Shown here piece by piece: positions 52,044-64,000 of a stretch of 64,000 nucleotides of DNA. The first letter of the stretch is position 1. Every line of letters begins with the position of its first letter. Below the pieces are notes generated by a model that was given only the letters and a program-made list of their open reading frames with translations, searched no databases and was not told where the DNA came from. A program made the position numbers and the translations under genes. This DNA is from Marsupella aquatica (Eukaryota > Plantae > Marchantiophyta): NCBI GenBank assembly GCA_973895155.1, contig OZ316897.1, forward strand, positions 11,245,832 through 11,309,831, read 5' to 3'.

Positions 52044-53296
52044 AGAAGCTGAGAGGATCCATTTCAGCTCAAGCAAGACGTTACGAACCGGTCATATTCT
52101 GGTCCGATTTGGCACCAGGCCTCGATCTGTTAGCGTTAACGTTTAACTTAAACACGAAGCTTGCTCGGAACTGCAAACAGTTGTGCACACATTAAACCCA
52201 CGGATAAGGTTGTAATCTGAAGACGCTATTAGTGGACTCTTCGTCGGTCCAACGTGGACTAGCTAGAATTCCAGTAGATTTCTGAGTAATAAAATACTCA
52301 GTCATCTGAAGACAGTGAGGAAGTTTCTCAACTGTCTGTCAGAAGGCTACCTGAATAGCTAGAGTAGGTCGGGAAGTTTTTCAACTGTTCGAAGTGTTTT
52401 CGTTGCTGGCGGTTCGCTAGCGATGTTAGTAGTATAGTATGGACAGGATAGACAGAATGTGCCCGAAAGTTTAGTATTAATTTCTGGAACTGTCAATGTA
52501 AAACACATTGCATTTACCACATGCATCTATACTCATTCGCGTACCTTCTCGTCACTGCTCGGCAATGATGTTACTTATTGCACTGAAGGCTATATCCATT
52601 ATGTTTCAGTCAATTGGGGTTTTCTGGAACTTGTCTCAATTACAATAGTCGATTACAAATTTTCGTAGCATTTCTCGTTGCTCGTCAGTTTCTTTTCTCC
52701 ATATAGTACAGTGTTCATCGTTTGGAATGTCCATGTGCACTTTCAGCTGGGTACTATCGCAATGAACTTATCGATGGGAGACTAAAATGACAATCGTCAC
52801 GGTCGATATTTTATTTGAAGTTTTGGGTCTACAATGTCCACGCCCACCAGAATCCATTTTCTGCACCCACTCAGGTTGTCCTCCTATTTCGATGTGGATC
52901 TTACCTTCAATTAACCGATATCACGAGCACGAAGGATAGCTAGCTAAGGTTGCAAGCTTGAACGAAAGTGGGAACGCTTTCGTTGCCTGTTGAAAGCTAG
53001 CCTACATTATTACTTCTTGATTGTGTAACATACTTAATTCAGAGAACGATCCAAAGATTGGCCGTGCCTGTTTTGCCCAGATCTGATGAACATCTAAGAA
53101 CCAGTGGTGTGGCAGACGGCAGTGGCTTCAAAACCAATTTGTCAGACAGCCAGGTAAAGAAAGTGCCGAGGAAAATGCCATGATGTAAACACATTGACAC
53201 TCGATTGAATAGTCTAACACTAAATACGTTGCATGTCACTTCTGGAGAATTACGGAATACTCTGTCCAATCTGCTTCACTCAAAGATTGGTATGCG

Positions 53297-53461
53297 GGTG
53301 TTTTTTCATCCTCTAACTGGCATACAACCCTCTGCACTCTAAAACAGGTAACAACAGCTTCATTCCTTCCTTCCTCGGATGTTTTTTCATCCTCTAATAA
53401 CTCGCATACAACCGCTGCACTCTAAGACAGGTAACAACAGCTTCTTCATTCCTTCCTTCCT
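53297..53461. repeat. Tandem duplication, 2 x ~82 bp
   Basis: tgttttttcatcctctaa...gcactctaa.acaggtaacaacagcttc...ttccttcc occurs twice. Confidence 0.8.
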
Positions 53462-54330
53462 TGAAATTTTTTCACAAAAAATGGCCTCATTATAGACACT
53501 GGATGAGTTTGAACGCACTTATCGGATTCTAGTTTTTTAAATCAGCCGTGGGTGCATGGGCCCGATGATCATGAGATCGTCGCTGAGTCAGATTGGTCTC
53601 TTTTGAAGGCTGATTAAAGGAGTCTGTCTGAATTGTGTGATGATTCACAGGCGCCACACACATCTCATCTTCTAAAGTTACTCCTACTACTGACTGCACA
53701 CATCTAAAAGTTACAGGCAATGATGATCGATTTGAAGTGTGAGCTTCTCTTTGTCCAGGCTTTCAAGAGAGACAACAGTCAGCCAGAACATCAATTGACT
53801 GAGCTCCATGTGTGCTGTAGTCATAATAACCCCCGCACAGTCACTCTCTGGAACAATGTTCGTTTCCATGGAGGCGAGTAGCGACGAAATAATGCCATTG
53901 CTTCATTGTCCCGTATTGAAAGAGCAGTCAGTACTCCTTCATGATTTATTATTATTGTTTGGTGTTGTCATCAGGCATCATTATGATCGTTATAAAAGCA
54001 CGCGCAATGGAGAGCCGAAAGAAAGCATCGAAAGTTTCATCGGTGGGAGAAAGAGAGAAAAGAACTACTACATCGTTCTTGTAGGAGAACAGGGATCGGA
54101 AGAAAGACAAGTCAGAAAGAAGAAGCAAAACAACCGAAAGATCCCGCCTGGAGTGGAGAACTTCGTGCTGTGTCACCATGATGCATGACAGGAGAAGAAG
54201 AGTTGAATTAAAAAATGGATCATCGGTCCAAGGGAGAGAGAGAGAGAGAGTGAACAAAAAGAAATTGAAAGAGCACATCGGATGCGCTAATTCGAAGTCG
54301 GCGAAGTTGGAAGGAAGAGTCGTCGAAAAG

Positions 54331-54404
54331 TGCTCCCGGCGGGGCTCGAACCCGCGACCTTCGGCTCATAAGACCGATGCTCTAACCAACTGAGCTACGG
54401 GAGC
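54331..54404 (-). tRNA. trnI-UAU: tRNA-Ile (anticodon UAU), intronless
   Basis: GCTCCCGTAGCTCAGTTGGTTAGAGCATCGGTCTTATGAGCCGAAGGTCGCGGGTTCGAGCCCCGCCGGGAGCA folds to a full cloverleaf. A TTTT Pol III terminator follows directly. Confidence 0.96.
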
Positions 54405-54822
54405 ACACTCTGTTCCGAGTCGAGAATTGACAACTTCTACATATCATTTTGTAGACTACACAATCTAAGCAATAAGTAACGTTCTTCCTTCCATTCCCTT
54501 CATATGAATTCTCACTGTTAATAGGACGTCTCACACCTCTCAATTGCGGCTACAGTCAAGGTCGCACAGATTTTCAGGGAACTGAAGTGGGGACTTGCAA
54601 ATACATGGTGACTTGTGACCAAAGTCCAAAACTCATCCTTTAGGCTTTGGATCCACCCCCAAAAAGTTTTAAGGCTTAGGGATTTCCATGAACAATTTCC
54701 CAAGTGCCATTGTGAGTGCTCTTTTGAAGTAGCCAATTTTACATTAGAGTTGTACCCAACAAGACCCATCCAACACAAGATTGACTACCTACTCCAGAGC
54801 ATCCTTCTTGGTAGGGTAGCCA

Positions 54823-55003
54823 CCAGGGGGAGAGGGATGAACCAGCCTGGCGGGCCAGCCAGGGGCCGAGGAGAAACTAGTACTCCTGCCATTACACCCC
54901 ACCCCACGCACACATACCCTCCACACCCCTTGCATGTGGATGGGGGATTGAACCTGGGAGCTCTTGGTTCAAGGCTAAACCCCCTGACAACTGACCAAAG
55001 CTA
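54823..55003 (-). mobile_element. Possible tRNA-derived SINE relic
   Basis: Minus strand has an A-box-like tggtcagttg and a B-box ggttcaatcc, then a G-rich body. Flanked by imperfect 16-bp direct repeats (54807-54822 and 55004-55019, 13/16 identical). Confidence 0.4.
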
Positions 55004-56574
55004 CTTGGTTAGTTAGCCAGGGTGAGTTGACTGTTATTTAGACATGGATCCAGGATGAGATCCGCACAGTCTCTCACTTGAACTACTCTGGATGTGAATA
55101 GATCCTGAGACCACCAGAAAAGCTTTCAATTGGGATCTGCATCTCTCTAAGTCACCTGCAATTCTGCTAGAGCACAATGAAAAAGCACTCCCCCTCACTA
55201 CCCCAACTAGAGAGCGTTTCATGAGTTAATTTATGTCTTGCTATAAATTATTTCATGAGTAATCCTGTGTCCTGTGCAAGAATTTAATGTTACTTGTTTC
55301 CAGTTTTAACATCACCCTTCATTATCGTCATCCTCAAATCGCAGGTTATCTGTTCAAATCTAATTACTGTAAACATCGAACGCCAAGAGCTTCGTGTGTA
55401 CAGTATCGGGACTCTTTTGGTAATTAAATCATTGGTGCAACTTGCCTCTACGTGCAGGCTAGCCCAAACAATGCAGGCTTGCAATCAGCCCGTGGAAATG
55501 TCCGTTTTCACCGTGCGGGCCTGAAATGTGAGGACGCTCTAAGTTTATGTGCTTGTAGGAAAGTTCGTTGCATTTCCAACTCGTCTTCAATCTTGCAGGG
55601 AAGTAAAAATTTGTAACAAGGATAGTATATAGATAAACGACTTCTGTTGAATGTTTGTGTTTGTGTTGTTGTTTGGTAGGTGCTTTTCTGAATTCATTGC
55701 AGAGAAACTCATAGAATATGTTTGGAATTGGGTCCATAAAATGAAGAAGCCTCGTTAAGTTCGATACCTCGGTCTGATCATTTCGATCAATTCATACTCT
55801 GAGGTACCAGAACCTGCCGAACTCATCATGAACACGTTTTGTTATAGACGAACAGCAGTCGTAGTTTCACTATTGTTTCCTTCTTATTGTGTTTATCACA
55901 TACAAGAAACCCATACTAATCTTACTATTTATTTGCTATGGAAAGCTACCTACTTTCTAGAGTGAAAACTCTAGACGGTAACTTCTCCAACATAATTCAG
56001 AGTGGAGACAAAACACAGAGAGGGGAGAGGTGAATCGGCAACGGCTAAAGGCTTATTATCTGTGCAGACAAAAAGTAGAGAAGGGAGAGAGATGAAGAAG
56101 AAACAGTGATTCATTTTTTTCAAGGAACTTTTTTGTACTCACACTCTATTTCAAGGAACCAGTTAGGCTGGAAAATGGCCCTGCTAGTACTACAACATAC
56201 ATAATATATCCATATCAATGGAAAAGGGTCCCCCTATGTAATCAAGCCTGTTACGATGATACCCTGATAACCTTGATCAATCTACTACTACAACAGTCCA
56301 AATCAGCTTAGCCTGTTCAACTTGTGAGCACAATTTCTGTGTAACTTCTTCTTCTTCTTCTTGAATTGTTTATCATTTCTATTCTGAGTATATGGCATAG
56401 AAGAAATCGATACAGAACTAACACACTTATATAATTGGAATTGGGTCCGTGGAATCCAACGTGTCATATCGACACTTCTCTTGTAATTTCTTTCGATCAA
56501 TAAATCAATCACACAATCCAAAGTAGCAAAGCCAGTTTATTCGTGTGGACGGATTAGCGTATAAAAGAAAAAGG

Positions 56575-56645
56575 TGCACTGCCCGGGAATCGAACCCGGG
56601 TCTGTACCGTGGCAGGGTACTATTCTACCACTAGACCAGCAGTGC
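56575..56645 (-). tRNA. trnG-GCC: tRNA-Gly (anticodon GCC)
   Basis: GCACTGCTGGTCTAGTGGTAGAATAGTACCCTGCCACGGTACAGACCCGGGTTCGATTCCCGGGCAGTGCA. Fully paired acceptor stem and a TTTTT terminator 2 nt downstream. Confidence 0.96.
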
Positions 56646-58602
56646 TGTGCGAACTCAGAATATAAAAAATATTATTTAAATACATTGTCTTTGTTTTTCC
56701 CTTGAAATTCGATATAAAAGGAAAGAACACAGGAGGGATCCATGGATCATTCCCTAGGTGTCCAGGCTGGTGCAAAATGAAAGATGCTAGACCTGGTGGA
56801 CGCTGGAGTGAGTGCCAAGAGGACAATAAGTCACCAGCACTGCCCATGTAATATCCAAGGGACAGGAAAGTGAGCTGCCTCGCTACTACACTAAAGAAAA
56901 ACAATTCTCCAATCAATCTGCCAGTGACACTACTAGACTAAAAACAGAGAAAGAACTTTAGACTAAAGCCAAGTCTTGAAGTGTAGTATTGCCGAGTATT
57001 TGGGCCACTTCAGACCAAGTCATGAAGAGTGGTATTACTCATTAATTTGGCAGAATACTATTCTATCAATGTACCAGCTGTGCCCTGGTGCCCATCAGGC
57101 CAAGAACTGACCACTTTACATTACTGTTTTGAGAATGTTGGTTATCATCTTTTAAGTCGGATATGTCAAACAGATACCTGGTCTTTCAAAAAATTTCAAG
57201 GCCAGAGAGTAGACCGGTGGTTTGTGTGTAGTTTGCCACAAAAACCAGCACAATATTTGCATTCTTGGAGGAACCAGGGAAAACGTTCCTTGGTTGATGA
57301 GTCTGGACCGGACTGGACTATTCGGCTTTGAGCTATCGTGAGGAACTGTACTCACGTCGTTCCCTTGTTTCTCCTCATAACTGTACCATGCGACTTCCTT
57401 TGTGTGTTGCTTTGAGTTGGTGGCATTGTGCCAGGGTCATTGAGCACACAGGCTGGCCGGCACAATCAGTAGGGCGTCCACGATAACCTGTCAAGACCAA
57501 CGAGAATGACATCCGAGAGACAACACGATTTACTGTCAGCGTATCACCCTCCCACATGTCAACATACTTTGAGGGTCTCCCTCGTACTCGTTTGACGCAC
57601 TTGGGTACTGTCGATCAGGGTAACACAGCAGCACTACATGTTTCAATTCAGCTCACTACCCTGCTAGAGACTGCAGCCGTTTCTCAACGCCCGAAAGGTA
57701 TAAAAATAGGTGGTTACAAGCGGCCCTTAACTTTGCAACACAGTATGAAAAGGGCAGCCATTACTTACTACTGCTACGATAGAAATCTTACGCTGCTCTA
57801 CACACAACTGCCTGTGAACGTTGAGAGGGAACTTCGGACAGAGACTTCGCCCTGCTCGTAACTGCATAAATGATGTGTATGTAAACCAAAGATTTCAGGT
57901 GCTCAACTGATCTCCAATTAAGTGACCTCGCGAGATACAAAAAGGTCCAAAATCCACAATGCTCAACTTTCTCATCATTTCAGGATGACTGTAACGCACC
58001 GCTATCATTCCAAACCAAGTTGGGGTCCTCGGCATTTCTTCTGGGTACGAAAATGCACTTTAAATAATCAGTGTGCAGGGCTTTAGCGAAGGCCTAAACT
58101 TCACGTTTCAAAATTTTGTATAAATGGGATCCGTACCATTGCTCCAATATTCAGTCCCCTGTCCGAAGTACTGATACTCGAACTGTTCACCAAAGGTAAT
58201 TGACGCCTTTGGAGAACGCCAACATTGTCCTTGACAGGCACTCTCTGGACCCCACCAATGATTTCATGGTACAAACGACAGACAGTGTACTGTTCTGCCA
58301 CTTCTATTGTGTTTACAATGCTGATTGCTAACCCTACCGACTAATCTGCAAAATCTACATGATGTTCCAGCCTCAGACCTAAACGTAGTCCTAATTAAAG
58401 GAAATTGGCATCTACTCACAATGACTACTCCATGGGGTTGGTAATAGACAGTAGCGCCCTGTAAAGAATTCTTGACTTCCCCGAAGCATCTAAAGCATCC
58501 GAAGATGTCTATTTCCAGGGATGAATTGCCTTCTTAGAAATTAGATTGCTGCCTTGGCAGACCCAAACCATTTAGAAACATAAAAAGATCCGAAGAAATA
58601 TC

Positions 58603-61600
58603 TTAACCCCGACGCTTACTGAGTCGCCATGAGTTGGGTTCATGGTAGCGATCATACAAAGGCTCAATCCTTTCTTGACGTTTGCGTTTGCTGAGTTTGG
58701 TAGGGTCCGCAACTTTGAAAAACCCAGGTGCTAACTCCACTAACCACTTCGGATCTACGAGTGTGACCTCCCGCATATACTCCTTCGTGGTCATGACAAG
58801 CTCATGATAGATAACCCAATCAGGCTGTCTTTGAAAGAGAGCACTACTAGGATGGATGTACACAGGCTGATTTTCGACCAACGTACGGTACCCTTCTTGT
58901 GGATCCTTTCGCCCAGCATGGAAGAAGAACCCTGCACATATCGCTTTCCTAATCTTCGTAAAATTCTTGCCAGCACTGACGACATCCAGCTTATACCTGC
59001 AAAACCAAAACAGCGGCTAAGCAAAACAGTTGACTGCATCAACTAAGGCTTATGCCAAGAAGGTATGGCGAGCGTTTGACAATGAGTACATATACTGCTC
59101 CTAACACAGCAAACTGGCGATTCCTTGCTCGGGTTTCATGAAAATGACGAAGAATTGCACACTACATGAATGACAGAGTGCCTCAGAGAGAAGATTCAGT
59201 GGTTCATCAGAGTCCAAAAAGGACTAAGATGTCACGCTAGATACAGGGTTTTCATCATCGGCACCAACATTGAAATTATGCTAGAGATTGGAACAGTTAC
59301 GTGAGACAGTTACACTAAGGATCAAAAGGGGGTGTCTAATCACACAATTGACAATTCAAGATGTAGGGGCCACGGTGGTGTCCCTCTCCTACTCGTGACA
59401 GAGGGCCACACTTCCTCTCTGTCCACTGACCCAGGTTACCCACAAAGAGAACAAGGCAAGTTTTGAAACGTGACTTTCAACATGGTATATATCAAAAACG
59501 TTTAAAACTCATCTACGATACGACAGTATTTCCTTGTTCATTTATTGTCCCGAGACTGCCTTTCATACGAAACGAGTTAGAGGCTTCAGTTCCCCGGAAA
59601 TACTATGCACATCCAATGCATCGACATTCAGTTCGTTGGACCTAACTTTTGCCTCAGAGAGAAGATTTGCATAAATATTCATGGTTCTTGTAGAACTCAT
59701 ATGACACGCACACTGATACATGCTCTTCATCATAGGCATCTTGTAGTCATCCTGGACTTTTTCTAGGGGTTCGGTTCCTTTCACCTCGCCTAGGCCGTAG
59801 GACCAATTCCCAGGAATGTTACATCCTGTTGGTCAAAGGATCACCCTGAACAACTAGATTTGGATAATTCAATGTATTCCTATTGAATAGATTTGCCTCA
59901 CAGGAAAGACTTAGTTTTTCCTCACAAGCTGAATTCCATCAGCTTGAGATGGCCATCGAATTCCCTTTGACCTACGCAAAGAACAGGACTCCGACAAAGA
60001 AATGACACACAGGCCAAAGTTCATGATTCTAACCTAAATATATAAAGACTATATGGGCCAGCACTCAGTCCTGCAGGAAGGGAAGTAAGATATAATACAT
60101 ACCTGTCCATGACTGATAACAGCTGCTTCCTGACATCTTGTGCCCGTCGAAGAGACCGTGACTGCACAAAGTTCTCGAAACACCAAGGCCCAGAAAAGTT
60201 CTTTTCCTTCCAAGCCTCGTACACTGCCAACAGGGTCAGGTGATCCCCTTCTGGTTGGAAAAACTTGGCCCTCTTTTGGTCGGCATGGGCTTGCTTCTCA
60301 CGGGGCCGGTAAAATATGTTCTGGGCTTGTAGCATGGATATGATTGTGAGTATTTCATCACTACACCCAAGATCCACACTTGCTAGCAACATCTTCGACT
60401 GAGGAGGATCTAGAGGAAACTCCGCCATCTTCCTCCCCAATTTGGTCAGCAGTCCCTCCTCATCCAAGGCTCCGAGACTGTAAAGCTGCTCCATGGCTGA
60501 AATAAGGGCCTGGGGAGGTGGAGGATCCATGAAGTCAAATGAGAGGAGGTCATTAATCCCCATCGCTTTCATATTCAAAGTCGTGGAGCCAAGATTGATT
60601 CTCTGAATTTCAGGGACGGTCGTGGGTAACATCTCATTTCTGAAGGCGCTCTCTGTATAAAGCCTGTAGCACTTTCCAGGACCTGTTCGGCCTGCCCTCC
60701 CAGCCCGCTGTCTTGCAGAAGCCTGGGAGATGGGAGTAATTACCAGAGAATCAAGTCCGAGCTTTGGATTGTAGACATTCTGCTTTGAGAAACCAGGATC
60801 CACGACGTAATAGATTCCATCGATTGTAAGAGATGCCTCAGCAATGTTAGTAGCCACAACAACTTTCCGTGTTCCTGCAGGTGGTGGTTCAAAAATTCGA
60901 GTTTGCATCTCACTTGGTAGGGCACTGTACACCGGCAAGATAATCAATTCAGGTACACTTGGTCCCAAACCCTTCATCCTCTCGTAGAGAATCTGGCAAG
61001 CCGTGTCAATCTCCTCTTGTCCAGTCAAAAACAACAAGATGTCACCTTCTGGTTCGGTTAAGTGGATCTGCATAACTGTGATGAGAGCCGCATCCAGGTA
61101 GTCCGTTTCGGGAGTCTTGGTGTAAAGAATCTCGACAGGAAATGTCCGCCCGGGAATAGTGAAAATTGGACAATTGAAAAAGTAACCAGAAAACTTTTCA
61201 GCATCCAAGGTGGCTGATGTGACAATAAGCCTCAAGTCTGGCCTCTTTTTCACGAGTGACTTGAGGAGACCAAACAGCACATCCGTGTGAATAGTTCGCT
61301 CGTGGGCTTCGTCTAGCATAATGACAGAGTAGGCATTCAGCTGCTCTTCTATTAAAATCTCACGTAACAGCATGCCGTCAGTCATATACTTGATGACAGT
61401 CTCAGGGCCAGTACAATCCTCGAAACGAATAGCATACCCAACCTCCTCTCCGAGACGACAACCGAACTCTTCTGCAACTCTCTTCGCAACTGACATGGCG
61501 GCCACCCTCCGAGGTTGGGTACACCCTATTTTCCCTCTCGTAGAATAACCAGCCTCCGCTAGATATTGAGTCATTTGAGTGGTCTTTCCTGACCCCGTCT

Positions 61601-63623
61601 CTCCAATGACTACCAGCACCTGATTCTCGTTCACAGCAGTCACCAGTTCATTCTTCAATTTGTAAATGGGCAAGCTCTGTCTTTGCTCCTGGATAGAGAG
61701 CTTCGACCTCTGTCCGAATGTAGGGGCCTTACCAAAGGCATCCTTCTTCCACTCCGGCATGTCATATGCAGAGAGTCCAACACCTCGCAGCTCCTGTGCT
61801 AAATGCCTCTCTCCCGTCTCTGGCATTGGATCTTCCCAAGGTCTATTAAGATCCTTGGGAATAGAATCCAACATAGTCCTCTGCTGCTGTTCACGCAGCT
61901 CTCGTCTCTCCTTCGCCAAGGCAGACTGCGTCATCGCCGCCCTTTGCAATGACCCATCAGGGTTCTTGACAATCTTCACAGGGGAGACATCGATTGAGTA
62001 TCTGGTCTGGCCCCTGAGGAAAGCTGGCTCCTCCTCGTTCAGCTCAATTTCGAGCTCTTCTTCGGCACCCTCATCCTGATAGAGCATGCCCCCGCCTTCA
62101 TCATCATACATAGGGTAGTCTCGTACGTCCAAAACCCCCGAAGCGATCAGTTGCTTTGCTTCCCACCTTTCAGGACTACTCATCCGTTTCAAGGGTCTGC
62201 GAGAGGGACCGTTGTCATCCTCTTCCACTATGGTGATGCCGGATAAACCCTTTCTAGTCATGGGACCAAGGCTTGCACTAGAAGGGTTTGCCCTATACGT
62301 CTCGTCATCCGCAGATGCAGGTTTCTTCATGGGGAGGAGATCCTGACCTGACTTCTGATCGACATCTCGCATGGAGAGACTCATCTTTTGCCCAGCTACG
62401 GATATCACCTTCACCCACACCTCCTGGTCTCTCTCCACCGCCTCTTTTGCATTGACAACTCTCCGAGATGCAATCTGAGATACATGGACCAACCCTTCCT
62501 TGCGGTCTCTAAACCCTGATAATTGCACAAAGCATCCAAAATCCATAATGCGGGAGACTCTACCTCTGTAGAGGCCAAACAGCTCTGGTTCCTCCGGAGG
62601 AAGTTGAGAAGCTTTCGTGTCCACCCTGCTCCCCCCTCCATCTCCGTCCCTGCGACCTCGGTCTCCCCTCTTGAATCCACCTCTAAAATCTCCGTCCTCG
62701 TCCCCTGCTGCTTCCCCTCCTCGGTCATCCCTAAAGCTCTCCCTACCTCTCCCTCCTCTCTCTCCATCCCTGTGTCCTCTCCTACGTTCTACTCTATCAA
62801 TATCTCTGTCCTCTTCCGAATCGTCAGCTCTCTCCTCCTTGTACCTGCTCTTCTCTCTCCCTCCTTTGTCCCCGTGTCTTCTAGATCTTCCTCCACCATC
62901 TTCATATCGGCCATCCTCTCTATCCCTGCTACTCTCCCGATACCTTTCCCCGTCTCTAGATTTTCCGTTGCTCCTCCTCAAATCCTCGTCCTCCCCTCTA
63001 TCCCTGCTACTCTCCCGATACTTCTCACCGTGTCTGTGTTTGCCATTGCTCCTCCTTCCGTCCTCTTCACCGCCTCGTTCTCGATCCCTCCTCTTTTCTT
63101 TGCTCCTGCCTCCTCCTCTAGACCTATCTGGATCATCCTCTCTATCTCGCCTGTCCCTCCTACTGTGCGGCTCATCTTTTTCCTCATAATCCTCTCCCAG
63201 GTCGCGTTCTCCGTCTCTCGGTGGGGGAGATTTCTCCCTTCCTCCTCTCTCACGCCCTCTTCTATTCTCCAATTCGAGCTCCTTCTCGAGCTCCTTCACC
63301 CGTTGCTTGTTGTCGGGAACCGCTAGCCCTGGGAACGCGGCCAGAGGCTCATCAAACTCTCCGTTCGACTTCTCGCCCTTGCCACTGCTCTTGGGGGGCA
63401 GAATGGCGTGAATGATCGTCAGAAGGGTTTTCACGAAGTACTCGGGCATTTCCGCGCCATTGGCCTTGAGCTGCTTGGCAAAGCTTTCGACCGTGTCACT
63501 CTGCTGCGCTAGGTCGATGATGAACTCGGCGAGGGTTTTGTCCGCGCATCCTACGTGGGACTCCAACTCCGTGCAAACCTTGGAGACCAGCGACAGGTAC
63601 TCCAATTTCTTCAGTCCGTCCAT
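58603..63623 (-). CDS. PRP22: Pre-mRNA-splicing factor ATP-dependent RNA helicase PRP22/DHX8 (DEAH5-like); 2 exons, ~1304 aa
   Basis: Exons 63623-60103 and 58996-58603 (GT-AG, VMDR|YKLDV). N-terminal [19 protein letters not shown]-rich region, S1 domain (EGLVHVSQI), [24 protein letters not shown]-terminal [19 protein letters not shown]. Confidence 0.98.
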
Positions 63624-64000
63624 CTCCTCCTCCTCCTCCTACCCTAAAACAACGATTTCCTCGCTCCGATCAATCCGCCTTCTTCATATTGACAACCCGC
63701 TCTCCCCGTTACGAAGCTCGTCCGTCGGTCCTCCAATTCTTTAGCACGCCTATTTCCGCCTCCTCGTTTTGCTCGTTCTCCAATCCTAAACGCAGATTTC
63801 TTCGCTTCGATGAATCAATCCGTGGTCTCAATTCTGTGAAGCACCAATCCCCTCTTTTGCAAAGCGCTTCTGTTCCTCCAATACCTTCAGTCTGTCAATC
63901 TCCTCCTCGTCCTTCTACCCTAAACTCCGATTTCTTCGATTCCCTTGGATGAATCAACCGATGAGAGTCGCTCAATGCCCCTTCTTCATTCAGTCAAACC

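Noticed and set aside
60021-60102. ORF-track C-terminus of the 1200-aa helicase (YVLYLTSLP...)
   Set aside because: Read-through into the intron. The true C-terminus is in exon 58996-58603.
61666-63744. Long plus-strand ORFs (267, 190, 137, 110 aa)
   Set aside because: Antisense shadows of the purine-rich PRP22 coding strand, low complexity in Ser/Pro/Leu.

Overview
Eukaryotic nuclear DNA from a land plant. A bryophyte/liverwort-like origin is inferred from gene content and style, not proven. Intact protein genes: a 4-exon polyphenol oxidase with an ER-type signal peptide (-), an AG-peptide (-), a DUF1295 membrane protein (-), an intronless GH81 endo-beta-1,3-glucanase (-), a 5-exon DUF3598-like putative plastid protein (-), a 2-exon plantacyanin-like blue copper protein (+) and the PRP22/DHX8 spliceosomal DEAH helicase (-). 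There are two tRNA genes, Ile-UAU and Gly-GCC. The first 20 kb is accessory. It holds a complete 3.8-kb PIF/Harbinger transposon (TIRs, TGA TSD, both genes disabled), an intronless IRE-type AGC-kinase pseudogene fragment, and four copies or fragments of an unrecognised ~1.2-kb unit, one of which carries an intact 119-aa orphan ORF. Many small tandem repeats, one perfect 50-bp fold-back and a SINE-like relic are also present. I found no prokaryote-type system such as CRISPR or a defence operon. The best novelty candidates are the orphan repeated unit and the secreted PPO with atypical active-site residues.
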